A stretch of DNA of 64,000 nucleotides, from IMG/VR virus record IMGVR_UViG_3300028888_000052. One strand, given 5' to 3'. The notes below the pieces were generated by a model that did no database searches, was not told the DNA's origin, and was given only the letters and a program-made list of their open reading frames with translations. Shown one piece after another: positions 10,601-23,411 of this stretch. Made by a program: the position numbers and the translations under genes. Within the stretch, counting starts at the first letter, position 1, and the number at the start of each line of letters is the position of its first letter. Source of the DNA: a virus. Taxonomy: Duplodnaviria; Caudoviricetes.

Positions 10601-11621
10601 TTAAATAAATTAAAATTATGCCAGTAATTTATCCAAAAGCAATTCGTAGAAAGTTTAGTTCTTTGAATCTCGAAAAGGTTAAGGAAAGTCTTCTCAATAA
10701 TGGATATGAATTCGTACGAGATGGCGGTTTTCGTCCTGAGGATGAGCCTTTCAAGTTTTCTAATTATCTTTTTTATTTGCATCCTAAGACTAAGGTAGCT
10801 ATACGAGTTGGATATAATTATCCTTTGATTGGAAATAAGAATGTTATTTTTGAGATTTGTTATGCTAAGACAAATGATAAATGTTGGAATGATGTTACTC
10901 CTGACTTTTCTAGAAATTGTTGGAGAGAGGTAAGTGATTGGTATGAAAAGGATGAGAATGGTAAATCGGTAAAAAAGAACTAATATGAATGAAAATATTA
11001 CAGGACGTAAAGATTGGTTTTTTGAACCAAATCCGGTAATGGGTGATAGTGGTACTCCTGTTAATGTTATATTGGAAGAGGAAGGACGTCGACTTATTGA
11101 AGTTGTATTACCATTTAATAGTTATCCAACATATTATATTCAGAAGACTTATGTTAATCCTGTTACTGGTAGAGGTCATTGGATAGATGTTCATTATGAT
11201 CGTTCAAAGAATAAAATGATAAGAAGATTTAGAGGTTTATGAGAGATAGAAATTTTCGTCGTAAGCAAGAAGCTAAGCATTTTAAGAAGAGAGTAGAAAC
11301 TTCTGTAGCACTCGGTAGATATACTAAAATTACAAATGATGGTGGAGTAATTATTACTGTTCCTATTTCTACTTATAAATCTCAACAACCTTGGATATGT
11401 CAATCTGATATAAAAAATGTTGATAAGAATAAGTATAAGCGTTGGAAGTTTGCATTAAAAAATGATTCAATGCCATCAGAGATTTCTTCTTGGTCAAAGA
11501 GATATTGTAGACGTATTAGACGTCATTTTCAAAAATTGGTAGATTATAAGCTCCCTGATAAAATGTGGATGGTTAGAGGAGATGTATTGAATTATGAAGA
11601 TAGGGTCAGTCAATAAAAATT

Positions 11622-11960
11622 ATGACATTTGCAACAAGAGAAGAGTTTAAAAAACAAGTATTTGCAAAAACAAATGGGAAATGCTGTGTTCCTGGATGTA
11701 CTTGTGATGCCGTAGATGCCCATCATATTTTAGATAGACATTTATGGTATCATGGAGGTTATATACTTTCTAATGGAGCGGCATTATGTGAAAAACATCA
11801 TCTTGATGCTGAAAAGGGCGTAATTACTCCTAAACAATGTATTGAATATATGCACATATCTCCTAAGGATATTCAGAAGCCTGATGAGATTAAAAGCTTA
11901 TCTTTTGGTGAATATTATGAATTGCTTATGGATGGCAAAATAAATAAATGGGGTGAATGA
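11622..11960 (+). CDS. HNH endonuclease-family protein
   Basis: CCVPGC...DAHHI...NGAALCEKHH zinc/HNH pattern. Confidence 0.8.
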   Translation: MTFATREEFKKQVFAKTNGKCCVPGCTCDAVDAHHILDRHLWYHGGYILSNGAALCEKHHLDAEKGVITPKQCIEYMHISPKDIQKPDEIKSLSFGEYYELLMDGKINKWGE

Positions 11961-13066
11961 AACGTAAAGATTATGAAAATTATAAATGGTACCCAGTTAC
12001 TGATGAAACATATTGGGTAGAAGAATATTGTGATGAATTTCCTAATTGCAAGACGATAGTTAGAGATACCACTGGAGTAAAATATGATATGCCTGTACAA
12101 ATTTTAACAGAAAACCATTGTTATCTTGGGTGGGGTACCATGGCTAAATCTCCAGAATATTATTCATTTATGATAGTTGAAGTATGAAAAGGGTTGTCCA
12201 ATATATTGCAAAGGATCCATATTATTCGGATATTACACAAACTTATATTGGTTATGATTCTTGGGAAATAGATAATATTCAATATGAAACTGAAGAAGCA
12301 ATGAAAGGAGATTACCCATCTATATATAATGTATATGATGTGAAAGTTATTTATTCTGATGAAGATATATAAATTATGAAGAAAGATTTATCAATTCAAA
12401 CTAAATATTATGAATGGCAATGGAATACCAATGATAAACCTAAAGAAATAATTCTTGATAAGGAAAATTGGTATTTAGTTCAAATAGATGCATCTATTAG
12501 GTATATTTTTCATAAGTATAATTTGACAATTCCTAAATATGCTTTGGTTAAGACAATTAATGATAAACATATTATAGAAATTGCCAGACCTAATATCTTT
12601 AATATTAAAGACTTCATCACACTTGAAAATGCTCTTATAGATGTTAATAATGAACTTAAACAAGCACTTATTGCTAATGAAGTAGAAGATAAATTGCAAT
12701 TTAAAGTAATATAAAAATAACAAATAAATTATGAGTACACGTTGTCATACAATTGTAACTAAGAATGGCCAGGAAGCTTTTATCTACAGGCATTGTGATG
12801 GTTATCCTTCAGGAGCAGGAGAAGACTTAAAAGCCTTTATTAATGAAAATAAAGATAATCTTGAAAATTGGTCAGTAAATGATTTTGGGGCTGAACTCCA
12901 AAATTATGAATGTGGATATGAATTTGAAAATTATGGAGTTCATGGTGATGAAGATTATGTTTATTTTGTAGATTTGGATAATAAAGTACTTGAATGCTAT
13001 AAATCAAAAGATGATGCATCATCTTATAAGTCAGATATGGAATTCAAATATAAAGAAAACTTTTAG
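11957..13066 (+). other. Small hypothetical genes (11957-12187, 12184-12372, 12376-12714, 12731-13066)
   Basis: ORF track. 12731 has the MSTR...HxDGYP...HGDxxY pattern common in phage proteins of unknown function. Confidence 0.7.
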
Positions 13067-13073
13067 AATATTA

Positions 13074-13112
13074 TTTGAATTTTAACAAAAAGTGTCTATA
13101 TTATAAATGTAA
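13074..13112 (+). promoter_or_regulatory. Early-type promoter motif
   Basis: TTTGAA-N16-CTATATTATAAATGTAA; implies the next gene starts at ATG 13129. Confidence 0.8.
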
Positions 13113-13128
13113 AACAAAACATTATAAT

Positions 13129-14931
13129 ATGGACACTTTCGTTTTATTATTTGTAATTTTTATAGTTACTTTTACAATTGGTTTTGGAGTTTATGAGTAC
13201 ATAGATACCAAACGTGAAAATGAAAGACGTAGAAAAGAACAAGAAGAGTATGAAAGAAAAATGAAAGATCCTGAATATCGTAAGAAAAAACTTCAGGAAT
13301 TTCTTGATGGAATAGATCATTTTAATAAACATTATTCTCCGGGTATGGATTTGAGTGGTCCTTCTCATTATACACCTTCTCATTCTTATCATGATGATTT
13401 TTGGGATTCTTCTAATGTAATGAGTCCTTTATGTCCTTGGGGAATATATAATCAATAATTAATTAAATTAGAATATGAAACAGACAATTATAACACCACT
13501 TAGTAAATTTCCAACAGAAGTAATTTTACATTTCTATCGTAAGAATAGACTTTGTCATACTAACTATAGAATGTATAAAGAAGTTTATAATTGGAAAACT
13601 AAAAAGACAGAATATTGGATTCCTTTTTATGGTCCTTTTGAAAAAGATGGTTATAAAGTGGATAGTATGATTATTGGTTATACAAAATCAACTGGAGAGG
13701 AATGCCATAAAAAGTTTACAACTGTTAAAAGTAAACAAGATTCTCATTGGGATTGGTGTGAAGATGATTTTTGGTGTGGTGATAAAGTAAACTTTAAATT
13801 TGAAGGATTTTATTGGGAAGGAAAAATCCAAGATCTTAAAGATGAGCTTGCAAAACGTGAGCATGTAGGTATCTTTAATAACAAAGATTATCGTAAATGG
13901 TTGATCAATTATAGAAAGAATAATAAAAATGGAAAGTTACGAAGAGTTTAAAAAGAGTTTCTTGGAAGTTATAAAAGTTCAAGGAGATAAAGAAGGTTGG
14001 AATTCAGTTTGTTGCCAAACCACTAGTATGGGAAAAAATTCTTATACTTGGGCAGAGGTCTGGGAAGGATTAGTAAATGAAACTGGACTTTTTGGTAATG
14101 TAATAAGAAATTATTATAAGTATGCAAGCGAAAAATCTAACGCCAAGGTATGAGATAATATTTCGCGGGGCTTCTTTCAAAAATCGTTGTATTGAAGTTT
14201 ATCTTCCTGAGTATAAGCATTCACAATTTATAGTGAAACATCCAGTAGGGTCAAAATATCTTTTTGGATTTACTTCAGATGAATTTTGGAGATCCCATCC
14301 TGATTTAGAAAAAGAAGTACGAGAAATATGTTTTGATATTGCATTTAAACATCTTAGTTTTGTTGTGGGATGGGATTTTAGAAAAGAATATAATGATTAT
14401 ACTTGGTGGAGTTATGCTGTTAAAGAATGGAAAGATGAAGGTTATATAACTGTAACTGATGAACAATTTAATATTGCTTTAAAATCTTTCTATAATAAAT
14501 ATATAAGAGAAAAGGGAAAAAGAGTTTATACTTATATAGAAGAAAATGACTAAGATAATGTTTATAACTGTGTGCATATTATTTTGTATTAGTGTAATAT
14601 GCACTATATTTGATCCATCATGGATTAATTTTTCAAATAATCTTATTTGTTTGGCTTGTTGTTATTGGTGTTGGATTAGTTACCAGAATATTAAGAATAC
14701 AAATCAAGAAATAAAAAATTTAGAAACGTGTCTACAGAAAAAATGAGTAAGGATGAATTGATAGAATTATCTTTAGGATTTTTTGAATGTTTTATAAATA
14801 GATTTCAATATATAGAAAAGCATTTGCATTCTAATAATATTGATTTAATGGAACATGATTTAAATAATCTTAAAGGTGAAGCAATTCGTTCTTATGATTT
14901 TATAAAATATTATAAAGATAAAGTAATATGA
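13129..14931 (+). other. Small hypothetical genes (13129-13458 membrane-anchored, 13475-13951, 13929-14153, 14122-14553, 14546-14746, ~14743-14931)
   Basis: ORF track; overlapping starts and stops. Confidence 0.7.
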
Positions 14932-15635
14932 AATATCCACGAACATATCATTTACCTTATTCTCCTGGAGCTACTAAAGATGATAAGAAGCTTCAGGATG
15001 GATGGTTTGAAAATTATAGAGGAAAAGAAATTGTCATAACAGAAAAACTTGATGGTGAAAATATTCACATGACCGATAGAGATTGTTATGCCCGTTCTGA
15101 TGGAGCACCAACTCGTTCACCTTGGTCAAGAAATATTTGGGACCCACAATATGGTCTTTATTGGAAAATCCAGAAATATATAGGTCCTAATGAAACTATA
15201 TTTGGTGAGAATCTTTTTGGAGAACATTCTATAATCTATGAACGATTAACTAAATATTTTCATTTGTTTGCCGTAAATGATGGTTTTAATTGGTATTCTT
15301 GGGATAGTGTAAAGATGTTTGCCACTATTATGGGTATACCACATGTACCAGAATTATGGAGAGGTGTAGTTGCTGATGAGGATAGTTTGAAAACTTTAGT
15401 AAATTATTATACTAAAGAACCTTCATTATATGGTAATACAAGAGAAGGTGTTGTTGTTAGAGTTACTGGGTTCTTTCCATTAGAAGATTTTTCTAAGAAT
15501 GTTTGTAAGTGGGTTAGACCTAATCATGTACAAACTGATGAACATTGGACCAAAAACTGGAAAGTAGCAAAAATATATAATGACCCTTATGATAATAAGA
15601 TAATGCATGATGGTCAACATTTTGAAATATATTAA
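14928..15635 (+). CDS. ATP-dependent RNA ligase family protein (adenylyltransferase domain)
   Basis: MKYPRTYHLPYSPG, motif I TEKLDGEN, FGENL, FHLFAV, EGVVVR, KWVRPNHVQTDEHW. Confidence 0.85.
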   Translation: MKYPRTYHLPYSPGATKDDKKLQDGWFENYRGKEIVITEKLDGENIHMTDRDCYARSDGAPTRSPWSRNIWDPQYGLYWKIQKYIGPNETIFGENLFGEHSIIYERLTKYFHLFAVNDGFNWYSWDSVKMFATIMGIPHVPELWRGVVADEDSLKTLVNYYTKEPSLYGNTREGVVVRVTGFFPLEDFSKNVCKWVRPNHVQTDEHWTKNWKVAKIYNDPYDNKIMHDGQHFEIY

Positions 15636-15642
15636 ATTAAAT

Positions 15643-17407
15643 ATGGAAAATGTATTAGATACAATAAAAGATTTAGGAATGTTAAATCACCCAGCACCAA
15701 ATTGGGAAGGTACAGTTGATTCTACAGATGATTGTTTTATATGGTTAGCTGTAGATTCAAATGGTAATGAAAGAATGACAACTTGTGAAAAAGGATTCCA
15801 AAGATTTTCTCCAAAGCTTTATCATAGTAAATATTCAATAGATCCAGAAATAAGAAAAGCATCTTGGATAGAACAAAAGAAAATATGTTCTTATAATGAT
15901 ACTCAAATGAGAGATGACCATTGGGTAGAAATACCTAATGAAGGAGATATTGGCAAATTTGGTGCACCTCCAACATGGGCATATTTGCCAAAAGGATCTA
16001 TTAAGAAACTTATTGGGAGAGAATTAACTTGGGATGATGAACCAGTAAAATATAAAGGATAATTATGGAAGCATTTACAGATAATTTTACAAGTTGCTTT
16101 TGGTATTTGTTTATGCCAATTTGTCTTCTAATGATGTGTTATCTTTGGTATGATATGTTTGGTTCTGATAAACGAAAGCCAAAATATCGATTAGATAAAG
16201 ATGGATATTTGCAATTTTATTATCGCAGATATTCATGTTGGTTTGATTTTCCATTATGGAATGATAATAATGATGAACGAAAAGTAGAAGTTCATGATAG
16301 AGTTAGAGATTTAGATTATACTATTTCTTATATTGGCCCAGGTAGAGCTAAAATAAAATATTTATTTGATAACAACGCACCAATAACAAGAGATTTTATA
16401 ACAGATCATTTTAGAAAAACATATCCAGAATTTAAGAATTCTGAACAACTTTTTCAACTACATAATTTATATGTAGATAAAGAAAATGCTATATTAAATA
16501 AAATAGTAAAGGACCATATATTTAAAGCTCATGAAAGTAACAGTTGATAATATTGCAAATATTGAATATATTTATGACTATTATAATGTAGAAAATGGAA
16601 ATGGAATTTTAAAATCTTTAATGGTTGATTTGAAAGAATTAAATGAAATGCTTGTCAAGAAGAATCAATCAAATAAACAAATTTATATTGATTATGAAAA
16701 TAAGCATACAGAATATTCTCCTGAACGTACTGACCCATGCCCAGATTATTATGGAATGTTTTCATTAAGATTTGAAAAGAATCCTTATGAAAAGATTGGA
16801 GATATAATGACATTAAATGAATTAGATGATGCCATTTGTCTTTTAAGTAATTTTATAGAATTTGGATAATAATGGAAAATAAGTTAATTATACATGATTT
16901 CTTAGGAAAACCTTTAATTGTATGCCCATACCAATTTGAAAAATGTGAATATCAATTTCCTTGTGGAGATGGCGCATTTTTAGGTTGTACTTGTGATGAA
17001 TGCTATGAATTTGAAAAGTGTATAAAGAAATGTTAGAAGGAGAAGATGAGTCAATAATTGATTTTGAATTTAGTAATTTTATATCTCATGTATTTGATAG
17101 TTGTGAATCAAATCGAGGAGATATTATGAAATATCTTTCAAAATTTTTATTAAAAGAAGCAGTATTTTATGAAGATGAAGCAAAAGATTATGATTCCTAA
17201 AGATGAAAATGGTATTTGGGATTTATCAAACATAAATATTAAAAAAATAAAATTTAGTATACCTTATAAATGACAATAGAACAAGCTAAAGAATTGATAT
17301 ATGATGTATGTCCACACGGGAATGATTGTAATTTTCCTTGCGAACATTGCCAGAGATTTAAAGAATTATTAAAATGTGATTATCCAGAAGAATTTAATTA
17401 TGAATAA
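15643..17407 (+). other. Small hypothetical genes (15643-16062, 16065-16547, 16531-16869, 16872-17036 Cys-rich, ~17030-17200, 17270-17407 Cys-rich)
   Basis: ORF track plus manual translation of the short ORFs. Confidence 0.7.
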
Positions 17408-18131
17408 AGAAGAAAGAAGACAAATTGCTGAAAAGCATTTTATTGCAATGAAAAATCCAATGATTGAAGCTTTGACCAAGAAGTCTCAACAAGATTCAAT
17501 CATATATGACGATATTATTACTTTTGATAATGATATAGAAATTATAGATTCTACTACAGAAAAAGCAATATTTGATTTATATGGTCAAATTCCTTGTGTA
17601 TTGAATTTCGCAAGTTTTACAAGGCCTGGTGGAGGCTTTATTAAAGGTTCTATAGCTCAAGAAGAAGCATTATGTCATGTAAGTAATCTTTATAATGTTC
17701 TTTTAGGATTTGTAGATGAATATAATGAGAATTATAATAAGCCATCCTTTAATAGTGGTCTTTATGATAATTGGGCTATTTATTCACCTAATGTTTATTT
17801 CAAAATTGATAAAGTGGATAAACGTGCTAATGTTATAACTTGTGCAGCACCTAATTATAATGTATATAAAGAAAAATCAGATAATGAAGCACTTTATGAT
17901 GAAGTTCTTAGATCTAGAATTAAATATATTTTAGATATTGCTTATGCAAATGATCAAAAGATATTAGTTCTTGGGGCTTTTGGTTGTGGAGTATTTGGCA
18001 ATGATCCTTATAAAGTTGCATTACATTTCAAGATGTTATTAAGAAACTATAAATTCAAAAAGGTAATATTTGCAATACCAAATTCTTCTAATGGTAATTA
18101 TGAAGCATTCAAAAAAATTTTTGAGAAATGA
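17400..18131 (+). CDS. Bacterial-type PARG macrodomain (TIGR02452/DUF2263) ADP-ribosyl glycohydrolase
   Basis: LNFAS..PGGGF..GS.AQEEALC signature, IYSPNV, ITCAAP, LVLGAFGCGVFGNDP; ATG 17400 is the likely start. Confidence 0.9.
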   Translation: MNKEERRQIAEKHFIAMKNPMIEALTKKSQQDSIIYDDIITFDNDIEIIDSTTEKAIFDLYGQIPCVLNFASFTRPGGGFIKGSIAQEEALCHVSNLYNVLLGFVDEYNENYNKPSFNSGLYDNWAIYSPNVYFKIDKVDKRANVITCAAPNYNVYKEKSDNEALYDEVLRSRIKYILDIAYANDQKILVLGAFGCGVFGNDPYKVALHFKMLLRNYKFKKVIFAIPNSSNGNYEAFKKIFEK

Positions 18132-21100
18132 ATAAAGAAATATTAAATAAAATACAAGACGAACAAGATTATCCTGTAAAAATTACTTTTGAAGTAATTT
18201 GTGATTCAGATACAAGTATGCAGGAAGGAGAATCAATTAAAGAACGTATATTGGGTTATATTGATCAATGTTCTGATGCAATGGATGATTCAATGAGACA
18301 TTGGGGAGATCATAGTCATGATATTGAACCAATGAAAGTTGAATTATATGATGAGGACGAAAATTTAATTGATGTAACAAATGATGTACTTGGTGAAGAA
18401 AGAGATTTTACTATTGATGAATTGTGTGATAAATTGAATGAATTACTTAAAATAGTTAAAAAATATTCTATTAAGTTTGCAAATATAGATTATCCGGTAT
18501 TAATGGATAAACCCGATGATTTATTATCATTTAGAGTACAAACAACTTTAGGAAAATATTTACATACTGATGAACCAAGATATAGTGATCCAACATATTG
18601 GATATATCCAGAAGGTGTAGAAGAAAAAATTAAGGACGATAAAAAATATAAAGTTTATTATTCTACAAGAGATGCGGCAGATCCAGCTGATAGTACAACT
18701 TGGAATTATGTAAAATATATTAAAGAGGTTATGGATAAAAAACAAGATATATCTAATAAATTATTAAGTATCTTAAATTTATTAAAATAATTTAATAAAA
18801 TCGTTTATGCAATCCTTATTAGAAAGTATAATGAGTATTAAAATTCCTCAAGTAAAAAGGAATGCTCTTCTTATAACTCTCCCAAGTTCTATTAAATGGG
18901 AAGATTATGAAAAAGAATTAAAAGCTGTGGAAGATGAATCCCAAGTAATGAATTTCAAAGTTCCATTCTTGCCAAAGAATATTCATCATCTTAAAAGAGT
19001 TTATTTAGTATATAAAGGAAATATTGTTGGGTGGCAAAAATTTGTTGGTACTTCGGATAAACCATTTAAATGTACAACAACTGATAAGAATTGGGAAGGT
19101 AAATTTATTCAAAGAACCGGACCATTTCATAAAATAGAACCAATTCCTTGTGTAGGATTTCAAGGATTTAGATATTATGGATATGAGGAGTAGTTCATGT
19201 TTTATTGTAGGTGCTGAAACTGCAGAATATTTACAAAAATTAATGTATGAAGCAGAATTAGAAGCATATAAAAAATCTAAAAAAAGAAAAAAGCATAAAA
19301 AGAAATATGGAACTTAAATTTGAAATAAAAAATCATCCATATGATAGTGAGGTCTTAAAATTATTAGGAGATTGGAAAGTTCTTATGGGTGATAAAAAAG
19401 ATCAAAAAGAATTACCAAAACCAGAAAATGTAGAATTAAAAGAATGTGTTAAGAAATTTATATCATATTATCAACAAGGTATATTTAATTATCAAGAAGA
19501 AATACATCCTTATTTATGGTGGATATCAGAACACATTTGGGCATTTAGAGCTCATAACCTAAATAATTCTTTTGATGTTGTTTTTGTTGATACAAATAAT
19601 TGGAAAGCTACATATTTCTATAATTGTAAATTAGGCCATAATGATTCTATTGATTATAATAATGAATCACCACAAGAATTGAATCTTACACTTAAATATG
19701 ATTATTTCAAAGAATTATGAAAATAAATACTAGTTGGTCACAAGATGATTGGAATAAAGCCTTAAAGAAAGTTTGGGAATTATCCAGGAATTTTGAAGAG
19801 ATATTGGAATTTGGATTAGAGCATGGTTTTATAACAAATGCTGATATTATTCATGCTTCTGATATTTATCACGACCCTAATAAAGAATATGATGAAGGAG
19901 AGATTGATGATTTCGTAAAATCTGTACCATTATCAGACCTTATGAGATCAATACAAGATGAATATGATCTTTATGATATTTTAGATGAATTACCAAAGAA
20001 TGAAATTTTGGATGAGTTCGATAAAGATGATTTATTAGATAAATTAGATGGATCTTGGGAATTAGATGCTCATGACAATGAAATTAAAGAACAAGTTTAT
20101 AAAGAATATGTGGATGAATGGGTTGAAGAAATGAAAGCCCGTAATAAAGAATATATAGAAAACTTATGGAATGCAAATGGTGATGATTTACATACATTAA
20201 TTTGTGATACTATAGGTTGTGGTTATTATGACCAAGAAGGATTAATGAAAGGATTGAAGAGATTAAAAAAGGAAAAGTTAAATAAAAATACATATGGTAT
20301 AAAATATGAGGAATAAAATATTTGTTATTATCTTTTCAATGTTTCTATTTTTATCTTGTAGTGGAAGAAATTCTATTATATCAAATATAGTAGGAGATCC
20401 TATAGATTCTACAATGATAGGTAAATATAAAACTACATATGTGGTTTATTATGGTTATGGAGAATCACAATCAGATGTTATATATTCAAATAAAGAAGTT
20501 TATACATGTTCATTTCAAGGAACAAACTTTTTATTAGAAAAGGATAATACAGAAGAAATTTTATCTACAACTGCACCAATTAGAATTGTTAAATCAGAAA
20601 TAGTTAAATAATATGGACAAGGAATTTATTCAAGAACGTATCGAAGCTTTGCAATCAGATAATAAGCTTTGTTTTAAACAAACTAATGAGATAATTGAAA
20701 TTGCTTATAGAGCTGCTATAGATGATATCTCCAGTGAAGTAGGTAATAAAACAGTGAAGAATTCTGATAGTCAATCAAAATTAAAAGCTGCATTATCTAA
20801 AGTTGAAGAATTAGAATTAGAATTGGAAAAGGCTAATCAATTAAACCAAGAACTAAAAACAAAAAGTGTTTCAAAGAAATTTGGTACTAAAACTAATCCA
20901 GAAACTAAATTTACAAATAAGACAATAGAAGAAAAATATTGGGTACTCACTGGTAAGTTAGATTCATTGAATAAAGTTTTTGATTGGATTTATTATGACA
21001 AGAAAGATTTAATGACTATTTATAGTGAACTGAAAAATCTAATTAGTCAATTAAACGATCAAAAGGAAAGTATAAGTATTAGTAGACGATGAAAGATTAT

Positions 21101-23411
21101 TATGAATGTGGTTATGGGTGGAATCCTTTAATACAAAAAGTAAAAAGAGTCATTCATAAATATAATTTAAAGCATAAAAATGATAAAGATTTTGAACCAC
21201 TTAGATTTTCCCAAGTGAAAGAGAAATGGGGTGCTTTAACTATATACACAAATTATTATGTACCAAGAGTTACAAAATATATAAGAAAAGTTGAATACGA
21301 ATCTTATAAAGTTTGTGAACAATGTGGTACTAGAAAAAATAATGTTCATTGTGAACGTACTCATGGTTGGTATATGACTTTATGTGATAAATGTAGGAAA
21401 GAAGAAATAGAAAGACATAATAAGAATATTTAAATGAAAATTTGGTTAAATGATTTAAAAAAAGACGATATATTTTATCATATTGTTTTAAGAAAAGTAT
21501 GGAAATGCAAACATTTAGGAGATGCTCATAATATGAATTATAGAATGCCTTCTATTAAATTTAAGTTTTTAGGAGGATGGCCTAAAGAATTAGAAGAAGT
21601 ATTAGGTAATGTGCATAGCGCTTTTGTTAATCAATATGTTTATGATAATGAAGAAGAAGCAAAAGAGGCTCTTATGGATAAATTAAAAAAAGAACTTCTT
21701 GATACTCAAATGAAAATAATCAACACAAAAGTTAGATTAAATGAACTAGAAGGACAAGAATTAGAAATTAAAAAATTATTAGAGAATGACCAACAAAACC
21801 TTAAAGAAAATATCTGAAAATCCTAATCTTATAGCATTTTGTAATAAAATTTTAGGATATAATACAATATTAGAAAATGAAACATCACGTAATATGTTTT
21901 TAGTATCTTTAATTAGTGCAGATACTTTAATTGATGAACATGCTTGTGATGATACAATTAATATATGTAATTTTATTTTATTTAACATGGATTTAATGAT
22001 GTTAGAAGAAGATGTGAAGAAAAGTGCCATAACTTATTTGAAAAAGGGAATTAGAATAGCTAAAAGAGATAAGAAACAATTTAATAGTAAATAATATGGA
22101 TAAATATTGGGTAAAAGATATTGAAAAACAATTTAGTTCTTATAATGCTGAAGAGTTAGATAAAATTATAGAAATAGCTAATAAACTTAAAAAGACAGCT
22201 AAGTCAAAACCAGAATTCTTAGATGTAATTCGTGAATATGTAAAAGATAAACCAGGAGTTACATTGATTTGTACTGGATATGTAGGTAAAGGTGCTTGGG
22301 AATCAGAAGGTGAATGTTTTTCTGAAAATTGGTACAATATTGATGAAAGAGAAATTGGTGGATTATTTGGTGAAAAGGGTAGAGAAGGTGACCCAGATCA
22401 TCTATTAAATAAATTCTCTACTAAAGAAGATTTTGTTAATGCTTGTGTTAATTCTATTTGGAATAGAAATGAAATAATGAAATTGACCAAAAACTCTTTG
22501 CACATGCCAGAATGGAAAGATAGTGATGCCGCTGATCTTTCTAATGGAGATTGTTCATATGAATTTATAGATATTAATACTAAAAAAATATATTGGATCA
22601 CTAATAATGCTTATGACTGATTATTATTCAAATGATACAGGTATAGTAGAATGGTCAGAATATCAATCTAAAACAGAAGCACCTGTTTTTTCTGAACCGA
22701 TATCTACTAATGGTCAAAAAATTATATTCGAAAGCACTATTTTATGAAAGATATAAATGCCGACACTCAATTTGACGAAAATGAATTAACAGATTATCCT
22801 TATTTAGGTATAGGTAGAAAACCAAGACCCGGAAAAATGATATCCGAAGAAGTATTAGAGAAAATAATAGGAGGATAATTTCTATATTAAATAAAATATT
22901 AAGTAATACATGTTAGTAAAAGAATTAATTGAAAAATTAAAAGAGCAAGATCAAGAAGCTCAAATAGTTTTTTGTGATAGAGCTGGGCTTATTAATGATT
23001 TAGTATTTGATAGAATATTTTCAGATGAATTTGAAGGTAGAAGAATTGTACCTTTATTTATAGGTCCAAGATATTTTGAAAAGGAGACACCAGAAATAGA
23101 AACTAAAGATGAAAATAGCGATACTAATTAATCCATTAAAATCATTACAAGCTAATATTATACTTGATCAAACGCCTTTCAAGTATGATATTAGCTCTAT
23201 ATCTGATAATAAACGATTTATCCCATCTGAAGATTTTTTTGGATTTTGTCAAGATTTGTTAGGAGATCAATTTGGTAAAAGAGAGAATTGCTATGTTGTG
23301 TGTCTTGATATAGATAATGAAGATTCACTTATAAATCCGATAAGTTTGGTGTTATCTAATTTTGTAGAAAACATAGATAAAGATTTTAAAGAAAATGAAA
23401 ATAACAGATGA
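18128..23411 (+). other. Run of hypothetical genes (18128-18790, 18807-19193, ~19183-19317, 19307-19720, 19717-20316 acidic, 20306-20611 lipoprotein-like, 20613-21092, 21089-21433 Zn-ribbon, 21434-21817, 21786-22094, 22096-22620, 22910-23131, 23109-23411)
   Basis: ORF track. 20306 has a signal peptide ending FLFLSC (lipobox-like); 21089 has QVKEKWG plus CxxCG...LCxxC. Confidence 0.7.

Larger units (their letters stand above)
10012..11616 (+). other. Small hypothetical genes (~10021-10230, 10289-10543, 10618-10983, 10985-11242, 11239-11616)
   Basis: ORF track and tight packing. Confidence 0.7.

Noticed and set aside
13075-13128. Extended N-terminus of ORF 13075-13458 (similarly 17376-17399 and 15607-15642)
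   Set aside because: The upstream non-ATG or overlapping start lies within a promoter motif or the previous gene; the downstream ATGs fit the gene packing.
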